Origin: Candidatus Izemoplasmatales bacterium
Lineage (GTDB): Bacteria > Bacillota_I > Bacilli_A > Izemoplasmatales > Hujiaoplasmataceae
Length of the DNA: 64,000 nucleotides
Direction: 5' to 3'
Assembly: GCA_050949045.1 (NCBI GenBank)
Contig: JBMNEZ010000001.1
Coordinates: forward strand, 32,001-96,000
Part shown: positions 22,229 to 30,546 of the stretch, piece by piece
Layout of the letters: every line of letters starts with the position of its first letter
Numbering within the stretch: the stretch's first letter is position 1
Program-made: the position numbers and the translations under genes
The notes under the pieces: generated by a model
What the model was told of the DNA's origin: nothing
Seen by the model: the letters and a program-made list of their open reading frames with translations, nothing else
Databases searched by the model: none

Positions 22229-22317
22229 GCGACGAGAGGACTCATTAGTCCCAAGTGATTATCGAGTCCGACGTTGCCAGTTTAGGGACCGGGACCATCA
22301 GCTCGGCCCTTTGTTTT
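22229..22317 (+). ncRNA. Candidate structured leader RNA or sRNA (unassigned)
   Basis: GC-rich nested stems after an extended -10 (TGCTATAAT 22206-22214), ending in a hairpin plus U-rich tail. Confidence 0.45.
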
Positions 22318-22343
22318 AAAATAGCAAGGGGAATTATCGGTAA

Positions 22344-23696
22344 ATGAATGAAAAAAATCACAAGTTCATCGCCGAAGCTGTTGATCTGACTCATGATGCC
22401 CTCGGAGTTGTTAAACTCGAGGATGGCTATACCGTATTCGTCAAAGATTTATTAAAAGGCGAAACGGCAGAAATCGAGATCACCGCGAGGAAGAAAAACT
22501 ATGGTTTTGGAAAAGTCATCCAAAAACTTACCAAAAGCCCTTTTCGCGTAATTCCAAAATGCAAGCATTTCTATGATTGCGGCGGATGCGGCCTGATGCA
22601 TATGGATTACGACTTGCAACTCAGTTTCAAAAAGTACAGGGTCGAAACAACTCTCAAAAGAAACGGCCTCATGGATGTTCAAGTCAACGACATGATTGGC
22701 ATGCCAAACCCCTACAACTACCGAAACAAAGTTGAAATCAAGTTCGTTCAAGGCGAGAAAGGACTTGAGGCAGGGTTCTTTCAAACCAAATCACACCGCC
22801 TGGTGAACCTTGAGGAATGCCATATCATCAGCAAAAAAACCTTCGATGTCATCACGCTTTTCAAAAACATTTGTAATGAGTTAGGGATCAAGGCTTTTAA
22901 TCCGGAGACAAAGAAAGGCTATTTAAAATCTGCCTTGATTCGCGAGTCGTTTTTAAACAAGGAAATCGTCATTCTTCTCAATGTTGCCAAAGAGCCGCTC
23001 CCCCAAGAAGAGCTCCTAATATCCAAACTGCAAAACCGGATACCGGAAATCGTGGGCATCGCCACATCGATCGCCACCGACGAGTCGTCAATGTCCAATG
23101 ATCCGATCAGAACCATTTATGGTAAACAATGGATTAGCGAAACATTAAATGGCGTTCATTATGAAATTGGACTTCGCTCGTTTTTTCAGACCAACACATT
23201 TCAAGCCGAGAAACTCATTAAAATCGCTTTAGATCTTGCGGACATCAACCGGAAGTCACGAGTTATCGACACTTATTGCGGCATCGGCGCTATCGCCTTG
23301 AACGCCGCTAAAAAAGCGAACAAGGTTTTCGGTATCGAAATTTTGAGAAGCGCTGTCCAAGACGCTAAAAGAAATGCCAGCTTAAACAACATCAATAATG
23401 CTTTCTTTGAGGTTGGCGATGTCGACAATGTTCTCTTGAAGTGGAAAAAATTTAATTTCGACATCATTTTCATTGATCCGCCCAGACGCGGCTGTTCAAA
23501 AGGCTTAATTAAGACTCTCCTTGAAATCAAAGCGCCAAAAATCGTTTACATTTCTTGTGATCAGGCTACTCTTTGCCGTGATTTGGTTCAGTTTGTCGAG
23601 AACGGTTATGAAATAAAAGAAATCACCCCAGTTGATATGTTTCCGCAGACTGTTCACATTGAAAGTGTCACATTGCTTTCTTTAAAAACGTCTTAA
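22344..23696 (+). CDS. rlmD: 23S rRNA m5U methyltransferase RlmD/RlmCD (copy 1)
   Basis: TRAM domain, C..CGGC, SFFQTN, DPPR, YISC, DMFPQT.HIE. Confidence 0.93.
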   Translation: MNEKNHKFIAEAVDLTHDALGVVKLEDGYTVFVKDLLKGETAEIEITARKKNYGFGKVIQKLTKSPFRVIPKCKHFYDCGGCGLMHMDYDLQLSFKKYRVETTLKRNGLMDVQVNDMIGMPNPYNYRNKVEIKFVQGEKGLEAGFFQTKSHRLVNLEECHIISKKTFDVITLFKNICNELGIKAFNPETKKGYLKSALIRESFLNKEIVILLNVAKEPLPQEELLISKLQNRIPEIVGIATSIATDESSMSNDPIRTIYGKQWISETLNGVHYEIGLRSFFQTNTFQAEKLIKIALDLADINRKSRVIDTYCGIGAIALNAAKKANKVFGIEILRSAVQDAKRNASLNNINNAFFEVGDVDNVLLKWKKFNFDIIFIDPPRRGCSKGLIKTLLEIKAPKIVYISCDQATLCRDLVQFVENGYEIKEITPVDMFPQTVHIESVTLLSLKTS

Positions 23697-23892
23697 CAAA
23701 GTCATTCATACAATAGGACAAGAAGCATTTAACCCCTTAATATTCAAGGTTATATACTTCTTTTTTTGTTGTATAACTTTTTGTGATGGTTTTCTATAAT
23801 TTTAATAACATCTTTTTTAGTGTTTACCACATTTGTAATAAATCGATGTTGTTGATAAGACGCTGATTAAATCAGAGAAATCACATTCAAGA

Positions 23893-24354
23893 TCATGATT
23901 TATTTTTTCCTGAAAGAACCAGTTCCCCAACTGAGTATTCGACAACAAGCAGTTCATCCTCAATTAGCCCAAGAATGAACTGTGATTCTATTATTGTTGA
24001 TTGACTCGTTAGAACCCTGACATATTCGTCTTTTTTCTCAATCAAAGCCCATTCACTTGATTGAACAAAATATCCCAGCGCAATATCGTGTGTGTTGTCA
24101 ACTGATAGTGGTTGAGACGCTCGTACTTCAACAAAGAATTTTTCCTCAAGAGAGGTGATCACGCTACCTGGTGTGTCAGTGTTAACATACAGAGTACAAT
24201 GGTCTGAATCGGTCATATGGCCATTACAGTGCTCGCCATACTGTTCATATGCGTTATAAATATCAAAATATGAAAACGGGGCCGTTTCCTGCTTACATGA
24301 GATCAGCAAAAACGTCGAAACTATCAAAAGAGTAATTCCACAAAGTTTTCTCAT
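23893..24354 (-). CDS. Hypothetical lipoprotein
   Basis: MRK plus hydrophobic core plus lipobox-like LISC; RBS AAGGAG. Confidence 0.7.
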   Translation of the reverse strand: MRKLCGITLLIVSTFLLISCKQETAPFSYFDIYNAYEQYGEHCNGHMTDSDHCTLYVNTDTPGSVITSLEEKFFVEVRASQPLSVDNTHDIALGYFVQSSEWALIEKKDEYVRVLTSQSTIIESQFILGLIEDELLVVEYSVGELVLSGKNKS

Positions 24355-25037
24355 TCCTACGCTCCTTTATGTTATTAAAGAAGAATCGATTAAGACGAGT
24401 CATTGGTAGTTCTCATTTCATTGTCTATTATCATTGCGACCTAGCGCAGCAACAATACAAACTCATCGAAACTCATATATAACTCTGTGGACAATATATT
24501 TATTGGAATCTTTCCATTATCAAAGATCAGTTCGATAGTTAATTTAACAGAATTTTCCTCAACTTTCTTTAGATGAGATAAAAATCCAATCTGATGAAGT
24601 TATTATGGTCTGTGTCGAATGCGGAAACGATGAAGAAGTAAATTATATTCATTTCTGAGATATCTATGTTCAAACAAACCTTTTTCTATCACAGCACTAT
24701 GTGTGGGGATAAGCCCAAAATGTTGATTTCTGACTGGCAGAGAATGGCTTAGATATCATGCATGTTAAAAACAGCCTCATTGGTTTCACTTAATTGATAT
24801 GATAATTCCTTAAAATGCTTTCATACTCGGCGAATACTACTTTTTGACCGGCAAATTCCGATTTCATCGGTTTAAACGGGTTTTTGATTATCATGAACGA
24901 TTACCAAAACATTCATTTGCGTAAATTGTTTGTGAGGCGATGGTAAATTTGCGGTAAATTCGCAATTGTTAACTGAAACTATATGGACTGATTTCCCCAT
25001 TTTCATAGTAAAATAGTATTGAATGGGTGGTGATGAT

Positions 25038-25820
25038 GTGAATCCAATACTCCAAGTCAAAGAAATATCAAAAACATTTCGTCTGTCAAGGAAACAGCAA
25101 AAAATTGAAGGAACCAAAGAAAAAGTCAAAGTAGCCCTTAACAAACTTTCTTTCACAGCATACGAAGGGGAGATATACGGATTGTTGGGGCCGAACGGGG
25201 CGGGAAAGACAACCGCTTTGAGGTGCATATCGACATTGATCAAACCTGATTCGGGCGAGATCTACCTGAACGGCTACTCTGTGACCAGGGAAGAGGAACA
25301 AGTAAGAGGTCAAATCGGGTTCTTGACAAGCGATTTGAAACTCGAAGAGTTCTTCACTCCCAATTATTTATTCGATTATTTCGCCAAGTTACACGGTGTG
25401 GACTTGGAGACAACCCAAGCTAGGAAAGCCTTCTTATTTGAAAAGTTCGGGATCGATAAGTTCGCAGAAGTCAAAGTCGGTGAGCTATCGAATGGTATGC
25501 GGCAGAAGGTCCAAATCTCAGTGGCGCTGGTCCATGATCCCAAAATCATCATTTTTGATGAGCCGACAAACGGGCTTGACATCCTGACAGCCAAGATCGT
25601 GACCGACTATCTGAAAGAGCTGAGAAACAGTGGTAAGACGATTATTATTTCAACCCACATCTTCAGCCTTGCGGAAAGATTATGCGATCGGGTCGGCATC
25701 ATTATCGACGGAGAACTGAAATATGAATCCAAACTTAATGATTCGACTAGAAAAGAAGCCAACCTAGAGGCGTTGCTTTTCCAACTTGTCGAAGATAGTG
25801 AGGCGATAAAAAATGCGTAA
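25038..25820 (+). CDS. ABC exporter ATP-binding subunit (NatA-like)
   Basis: GPNGAGKTT, LSNGMRQK, FDEPTNGLD. Confidence 0.92.
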   Translation: MNPILQVKEISKTFRLSRKQQKIEGTKEKVKVALNKLSFTAYEGEIYGLLGPNGAGKTTALRCISTLIKPDSGEIYLNGYSVTREEEQVRGQIGFLTSDLKLEEFFTPNYLFDYFAKLHGVDLETTQARKAFLFEKFGIDKFAEVKVGELSNGMRQKVQISVALVHDPKIIIFDEPTNGLDILTAKIVTDYLKELRNSGKTIIISTHIFSLAERLCDRVGIIIDGELKYESKLNDSTRKEANLEALLFQLVEDSEAIKNA

Positions 25821-26985
25821 CATCCTTACAATCTTCAAAAAAGAATGGGATCGGGTTATTAAAGACAAGCGATTAGTTTTTTCGGTGATATTGTTGCCGG
25901 GATTGATGATCTATATTCTCTATTTTTTTATCGGTTCCGGGTTGACCTCGTTATACAGCGAGTTGGATGAACGCATTGCGATGGTCAATGCACCCCAAGG
26001 GTTTGTGTCTTTTGTGGAGACAATTACCGAAACAGAAGCGTTGGAATATTCCGAGATTAATGAAACTGACATCGAGGCTTATAAAGAAAAAATAGACAAT
26101 GGCGATTGGGAGTTGGTGCTTGTTTTCCCCAGCGATTTTTCCGATCAGGTAGCCGCTAAGGAAAAGCCTACGGTGAATTTGTATTACAACATCAACGAGA
26201 TTGCCTCAAGTCAGATCTACGACTATTATTCGGGATATCTTGAATTTTACCAACAACAACTCGCCTACGAGATATATGGTGAAATCAAGGCTTTCGAACA
26301 GGCGGCCGATTCCCTTCCCGTAGATCAGGAACAGGCGACCGGAATGATGGTGTCGATGCTATTGCCAATGCTAGTATTGATGTTCCTGTTTAGTGGCGCG
26401 ATGTCGATTGGGCCGGAAGCGATTACCGGAGAGAAGGAAAGGGGAACAATCGCAACCTTGTTGGTCACACCGGTCAAGCGCAACCAGATCGCCTTGGGGA
26501 AGATTTTGGGGCTTGGGGTCTTGTCGCTCATCTCCGCTTGCTCATCCTTTATTGGCGTTTTGTTGTCCATGCCTAAACTGTTCGCGATTGAAGACATTGA
26601 CATATCTATATATTCAGTTACCGATTACTTACAAATTTTGTTGATTCTTTTCTCGACGGTGTTTGTCATTGTCGGCATTATTTCGGTCATCTCCGCCTTT
26701 GCGAAGAACATGAAAGAAGCGGGAACCTTGATTGTGCCTGTTTACTTGCTGACGATTATCATCGGGGTTACTTCGATGTTCAGGCAAGGAGCAGTATCCA
26801 ATCCCTTCTTATATCTCATCCCTCTTTATAACTCGAATCAAACCATGATCGCCATTTTCACTTTTGATCCGTTATCGTGGCTATACACGCTTATCAGTGT
26901 TATAGCAAACATCGTCTATCTCATATTGCTTGTGATTTTGCTCAACAAGATGTTCAACAGCGAAAAGATCATGTTCAGTAAATAG
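25813..26985 (+). CDS. ABC-2 permease (NatB-like)
   Basis: IFKKEW, GEKERGTIATLL, multiple TM segments. Confidence 0.9.
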   Translation: MRNILTIFKKEWDRVIKDKRLVFSVILLPGLMIYILYFFIGSGLTSLYSELDERIAMVNAPQGFVSFVETITETEALEYSEINETDIEAYKEKIDNGDWELVLVFPSDFSDQVAAKEKPTVNLYYNINEIASSQIYDYYSGYLEFYQQQLAYEIYGEIKAFEQAADSLPVDQEQATGMMVSMLLPMLVLMFLFSGAMSIGPEAITGEKERGTIATLLVTPVKRNQIALGKILGLGVLSLISACSSFIGVLLSMPKLFAIEDIDISIYSVTDYLQILLILFSTVFVIVGIISVISAFAKNMKEAGTLIVPVYLLTIIIGVTSMFRQGAVSNPFLYLIPLYNSNQTMIAIFTFDPLSWLYTLISVIANIVYLILLVILLNKMFNSEKIMFSK

Positions 26986-27013
26986 TTTTTCATTGTAATA
27001 TATTCGAAATACT

Positions 27014-27090
27014 ACAGGAGTTTCACGTGTTGCGATTGATTTTGTTTTTGCAAAATCAATATCCTTCATCGGCGAACTCCTGTTTTTTTT
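27014..27090 (+). terminator. Long nested hairpin with U-tail
   Basis: ACAGGAGTT...AACTCCTGT enclosing ATTGATTTTG/CAAAATCAAT, followed by a T-run. Confidence 0.6.
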
Positions 27091-27227
27091 GGATTGAGGA
27101 TGGGAGGAGTATGTCATAATAATGCTAAAGGGGGAAAACGCAGTAACCAAAAGGGTTTCAGAGTTTCCACAAAGTTTGAAATTTTAAAAAATACTGCTCA
27201 ATCGTTATGTTTTGTAATCGGTGCCAT

Positions 27228-27324
27228 AAAGTGATATTGATTATGGACTATTACAGATGGCATGCGATTGAATAATTTTAAGTGACATAAGTGTCACTTC
27301 GTGGTACAATAATGTCACTTTGGA
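27228..27324 (+). promoter_or_regulatory. Promoter overlapped by (A/G)TGTCACTT operator-like boxes
   Basis: -35 GTGACA 27282-27287, 17 bp, TACAAT 27305-27310; boxes at 27280-27288 (inverted), 27291-27299, 27312-27324 and a variant at 27228-27237. Confidence 0.7.
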
Positions 27325-27340
27325 AAGAGGTAATAAGACA

Positions 27341-28675
27341 ATGAATCTAGGAAAAGAAACTGAAACTCTTGAATTTAAAAAATCAACGAGTGAGATAAAA
27401 ACTGCTATGATTTCCATAGCGTCTATATTAAATAAGCACGGTATCGGTACATTGTATTTCGGGGTCAAGCCCAACGGTGATGTTGTTGGGCAAAATGTGT
27501 CGGAATCGTCTTTAAGAGATGTTTCTAGAGCGGTTTATGAAGACATCAAGCCGCAGATATACCCTGCCATTGAAGAAATTTTGATGGAGGGGAAGCAATT
27601 GATAAAGGTTGAATTCAGCGGTGATAGCAAACCATACTCCGCAGCGGGCAGATACTATTTGAGAACTGCAGATGAAGATAAAGAGGTGAGCCCCGAAGAA
27701 TTAAAAACTTTTTTTGAGGCAAACAAATACCGCACAAAATGGGAAAGTGGCAAATCCGACACTTTATCAAAACAAGTTGACAAGCTTGCAGTAAAGTCGT
27801 TTTGGCAAAAAGCGATAAACGCCGGAAGATTACCCGAAGGCAGGTATACCACGCAGATTATCTTAAAAAGATTCGGTCTTGTTAAAGATGAGCATTTGAC
27901 AAATGCCGGTGAAGTTCTCTTTGGCGATACAAGGTCCGTTTCTCTAAAAGTCGGTATATTTGCAACGGACGAAAAATTGACAATTCTTGATATGAAATTA
28001 TATGAGGACAATATTTATAATCTGTTGAAGACGGCTGAAGATTACATATTTAAGAATATACGATGGAAAGTTGAAATTATTGAATCGGAAAGAAGTGAGA
28101 TTCCTGAAATACCGACTGCAGTGATAAGAGAGGTTTTGGCAAACAGTTTTGCACACGCAATGTATGGAAGCAGGACAAGTCATGAGATATGTATTCATCC
28201 AAGTATGATAACTATATATAGTCCGGGAGATTATGCCAGTAGATACAAACCGGAAGAATATATTAAAGGCAATGTAGAGTCTGAGATAAGAAATGCGACA
28301 ATTTCAAAAATTCTGTACTTGAGCAAATACATAGAGCAGTTCGGCAGCGGTTTCAAGAGAATAGATAGCCTATGTAAAGATTCCGAAATCAAATATTCTT
28401 ACGAAAACAAAGATAATGGATTTAAATTTATAATATATCGACCACAGATTCAAAGTGACATTTTAGATGTCACTTTGGATGTCACTTTGAACGGAACAGA
28501 GAAAGCGGTTTATGCTATTTTAAAACAAAAATCGGATTCTTCAAGAGAAGAAATAGCTGATAAGATTTCTAAAACTGTAAGAACGGTTCAAAGAGCACTC
28601 AATTCTCTTGTAGAGAAGGGTTATATCAGACGAGTCGGCTCTAAACAGAATCCGGTATGGGAAGTGTTGAAATAG
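27341..28675 (+). CDS. AlbA_2 (Schlafen-like) + HATPase_c_4 + C-terminal winged-HTH protein
   Basis: ETETLEFKKS, GTLYFGV, REVLANSFAH, RNATI, IEQFGSGF, and HTH SREEIADKISKTVRTVQRAL...RVGS. Confidence 0.88.
   Translation: MNLGKETETLEFKKSTSEIKTAMISIASILNKHGIGTLYFGVKPNGDVVGQNVSESSLRDVSRAVYEDIKPQIYPAIEEILMEGKQLIKVEFSGDSKPYSAAGRYYLRTADEDKEVSPEELKTFFEANKYRTKWESGKSDTLSKQVDKLAVKSFWQKAINAGRLPEGRYTTQIILKRFGLVKDEHLTNAGEVLFGDTRSVSLKVGIFATDEKLTILDMKLYEDNIYNLLKTAEDYIFKNIRWKVEIIESERSEIPEIPTAVIREVLANSFAHAMYGSRTSHEICIHPSMITIYSPGDYASRYKPEEYIKGNVESEIRNATISKILYLSKYIEQFGSGFKRIDSLCKDSEIKYSYENKDNGFKFIIYRPQIQSDILDVTLDVTLNGTEKAVYAILKQKSDSSREEIADKISKTVRTVQRALNSLVEKGYIRRVGSKQNPVWEVLK
28451..28489. repeat. Intragenic 11-bp repeat ATGTCACTTTG (one inverted plus two direct copies, 12-bp period)
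   Basis: CAAAGTGACAT 28451-28461, ATGTCACTTTG 28467-28477 and 28479-28489; encodes QSDILDVTLDVTL. Confidence 0.9.
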
Positions 28676-28715
28676 AGATATCTGATTAAATTTCGAGTTG
28701 AAAAGGAGATATTAT

Positions 28716-29561
28716 TTGACTTTAGAAAAAGTTATTTCAGAACTGAATTATGTAAAAGATGTGGAGCAAGCGGTTTTTCAAAAAATCAGCAGAAATAAAA
28801 AAGCAATTGAAGAAATTGCAAAAACCGCATATCAGGGAGATAATTTTGATTTTGCATTACTTAAGTGTATGCCCTTAACTCGTTTATCTGTTGTCACCTA
28901 CCTTTTGATTAGTAAATATGATGAATACAGTACAAAAGGAATTCCGGACAGGATTATTTTTGACACATTTGAAGATGTTTCTCTACGAGCTAATTTATAT
29001 TATAAAAAAACAGGCAAGGCGGGCATTTCAAAAGATGATGTTATTTGGTTCCGACACATTATGAATGTTTCGATATTCAAAATAGGTTCTCTGCAATTTC
29101 AGCCATTTGAGATGATATATTTGGATGAAGATACGATTGGTGAGTCTTATATGTCATTTACGAAAGAGCAGAAAGAGTCTTTGCCAAACGGTTCACCCGT
29201 TATTAACTGCCATATTCAACGAGGTGTAGATTTAAATCCGAAATCAATTGAATTATCTTTTCAAAAAGCAAAAGTTTTTTTCTCGGAAATTTATCCAAAA
29301 CAAGAGTATAAAGCTTTTCTGTGATATAGTTGGATGCTATATCCGCCCATGTTGGAAAAGCTATCCGAAAAATCAAATATTAAGCAGTTTGCTGATAAGT
29401 TCGCTATTATTGGAGATTGTCCTGATCCGGAGCAGGCAACAGAATTTATTTTGGGCTATAACAAGAGAAAAGTAATTCCTGAAAATACGAGTTCTCTTCA
29501 AAAAATGGCATTCGAACATCCGGAATGGCTGGGCTTTGCGTGTGGAATTATTTGGATATAG
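28716..29561 (+). pseudogene. Acyltransferase-domain (GNAT-like C-terminal, DUF5596-type) gene split by one in-frame TGA
   Basis: FKIGSLQF, INCHI, AFL*YSWMLYP, SNIKQF, TSSLQ; both ORFs are in the same frame, TGA 29322-29324. Confidence 0.8.
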
Positions 29562-29865
29562 ATTTTAGTCTGTTGTACCTGAACTTAAGAGGACCCTTGA
29601 TGTCAGACAAACGCTATACTTGGGAAAGGTTGATTTTACCGGGTTTTATTAATATAAAAACAGCTAAAAACAGGGCTTTATTTTCGACTTCTTCGCAGGG
29701 ACAATAGTTTTTTTGTTATCAGTGTTTTTTAAGAAGGCAAAGGGCAAGATGTCTAAAGCGCTTTTGAGTACTTTAGTTTGTCAAAGCGGTGTGTTTTATT
29801 GTATGTCAATCCAAAAAATGGTATCATATTCATAAACAAAACAGTATCAGAAGCGAGATGGGACA

Positions 29866-30546
29866 ATGGTTTTGATCGAAGCAAAGAAAGTCGAAAAGGA
29901 ATACATTACCCAAGCTGGATCGATCCGGGTTTTAAAGAACATCAACCTATGTGTCAAAAACGGGGAGTTTGTCGGCATCGTCGGACCTTCCGGTTCGGGA
30001 AAGTCAACTCTATTATATGTGCTCAGTGGTCTGGAAAAGGCCACCTCCGGCGAAGTTATACTGTTTGGAAAATCAACCGCAGAGATGAATGATGCTGACA
30101 TGAACGCGATCCGCAAATCAAAGATCGGTTTTGTATTCCAGTTCTATAACCTCTTGCCCAACTTGACTGTTCTTGAGAATGTTGAGTTGCCACTGGTAAT
30201 TGCCAGGCAAACCGATTTGTCCAAAGCGATCGAAGCTTTGAAAATGGTCAATCTTGATAAGCATTTAACATTGTATCCCGCCCAACTCTCGGGAGGCATG
30301 CAACAAAGAGTGGCCATCGCCAGAGCGATGGTCACGAACCCCAAAATCCTATTCGCGGATGAACCGACTGGGAATCTTGATTACCAAAGCAGTATTGAAA
30401 TCATCGAGATTCTCAAGAACTTGAATCAGAAACAGCAGACGACGATTGTGCTGGTGACCCACAATCTCGAGCATATGGCTTACTGCTCACGAAAAATAGA
30501 AATCATTGATGGAAATATCGGCGAAGATGAAAGAACTAGGTTTTAA
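29866..30546 (+). CDS. ABC transporter ATP-binding protein (LolD/MacB type)
   Basis: [31 protein letters not shown]. Confidence 0.93.
   Translation: MVLIEAKKVEKEYITQAGSIRVLKNINLCVKNGEFVGIVGPSGSGKSTLLYVLSGLEKATSGEVILFGKSTAEMNDADMNAIRKSKIGFVFQFYNLLPNLTVLENVELPLVIARQTDLSKAIEALKMVNLDKHLTLYPAQLSGGMQQRVAIARAMVTNPKILFADEPTGNLDYQSSIEIIEILKNLNQKQQTTIVLVTHNLEHMAYCSRKIEIIDGNIGEDERTRF

Noticed and set aside
22229..22311. Match to twister or HDV ribozyme, or SRP RNA (GTCCCAAG; TAGGGACCGG...CAGC)
   Set aside because: The required helices and conserved residues (twister P2/P4, HDV P2, SRP GGAA loop with AGCAG) cannot be built. It is kept only as an unassigned RNA.
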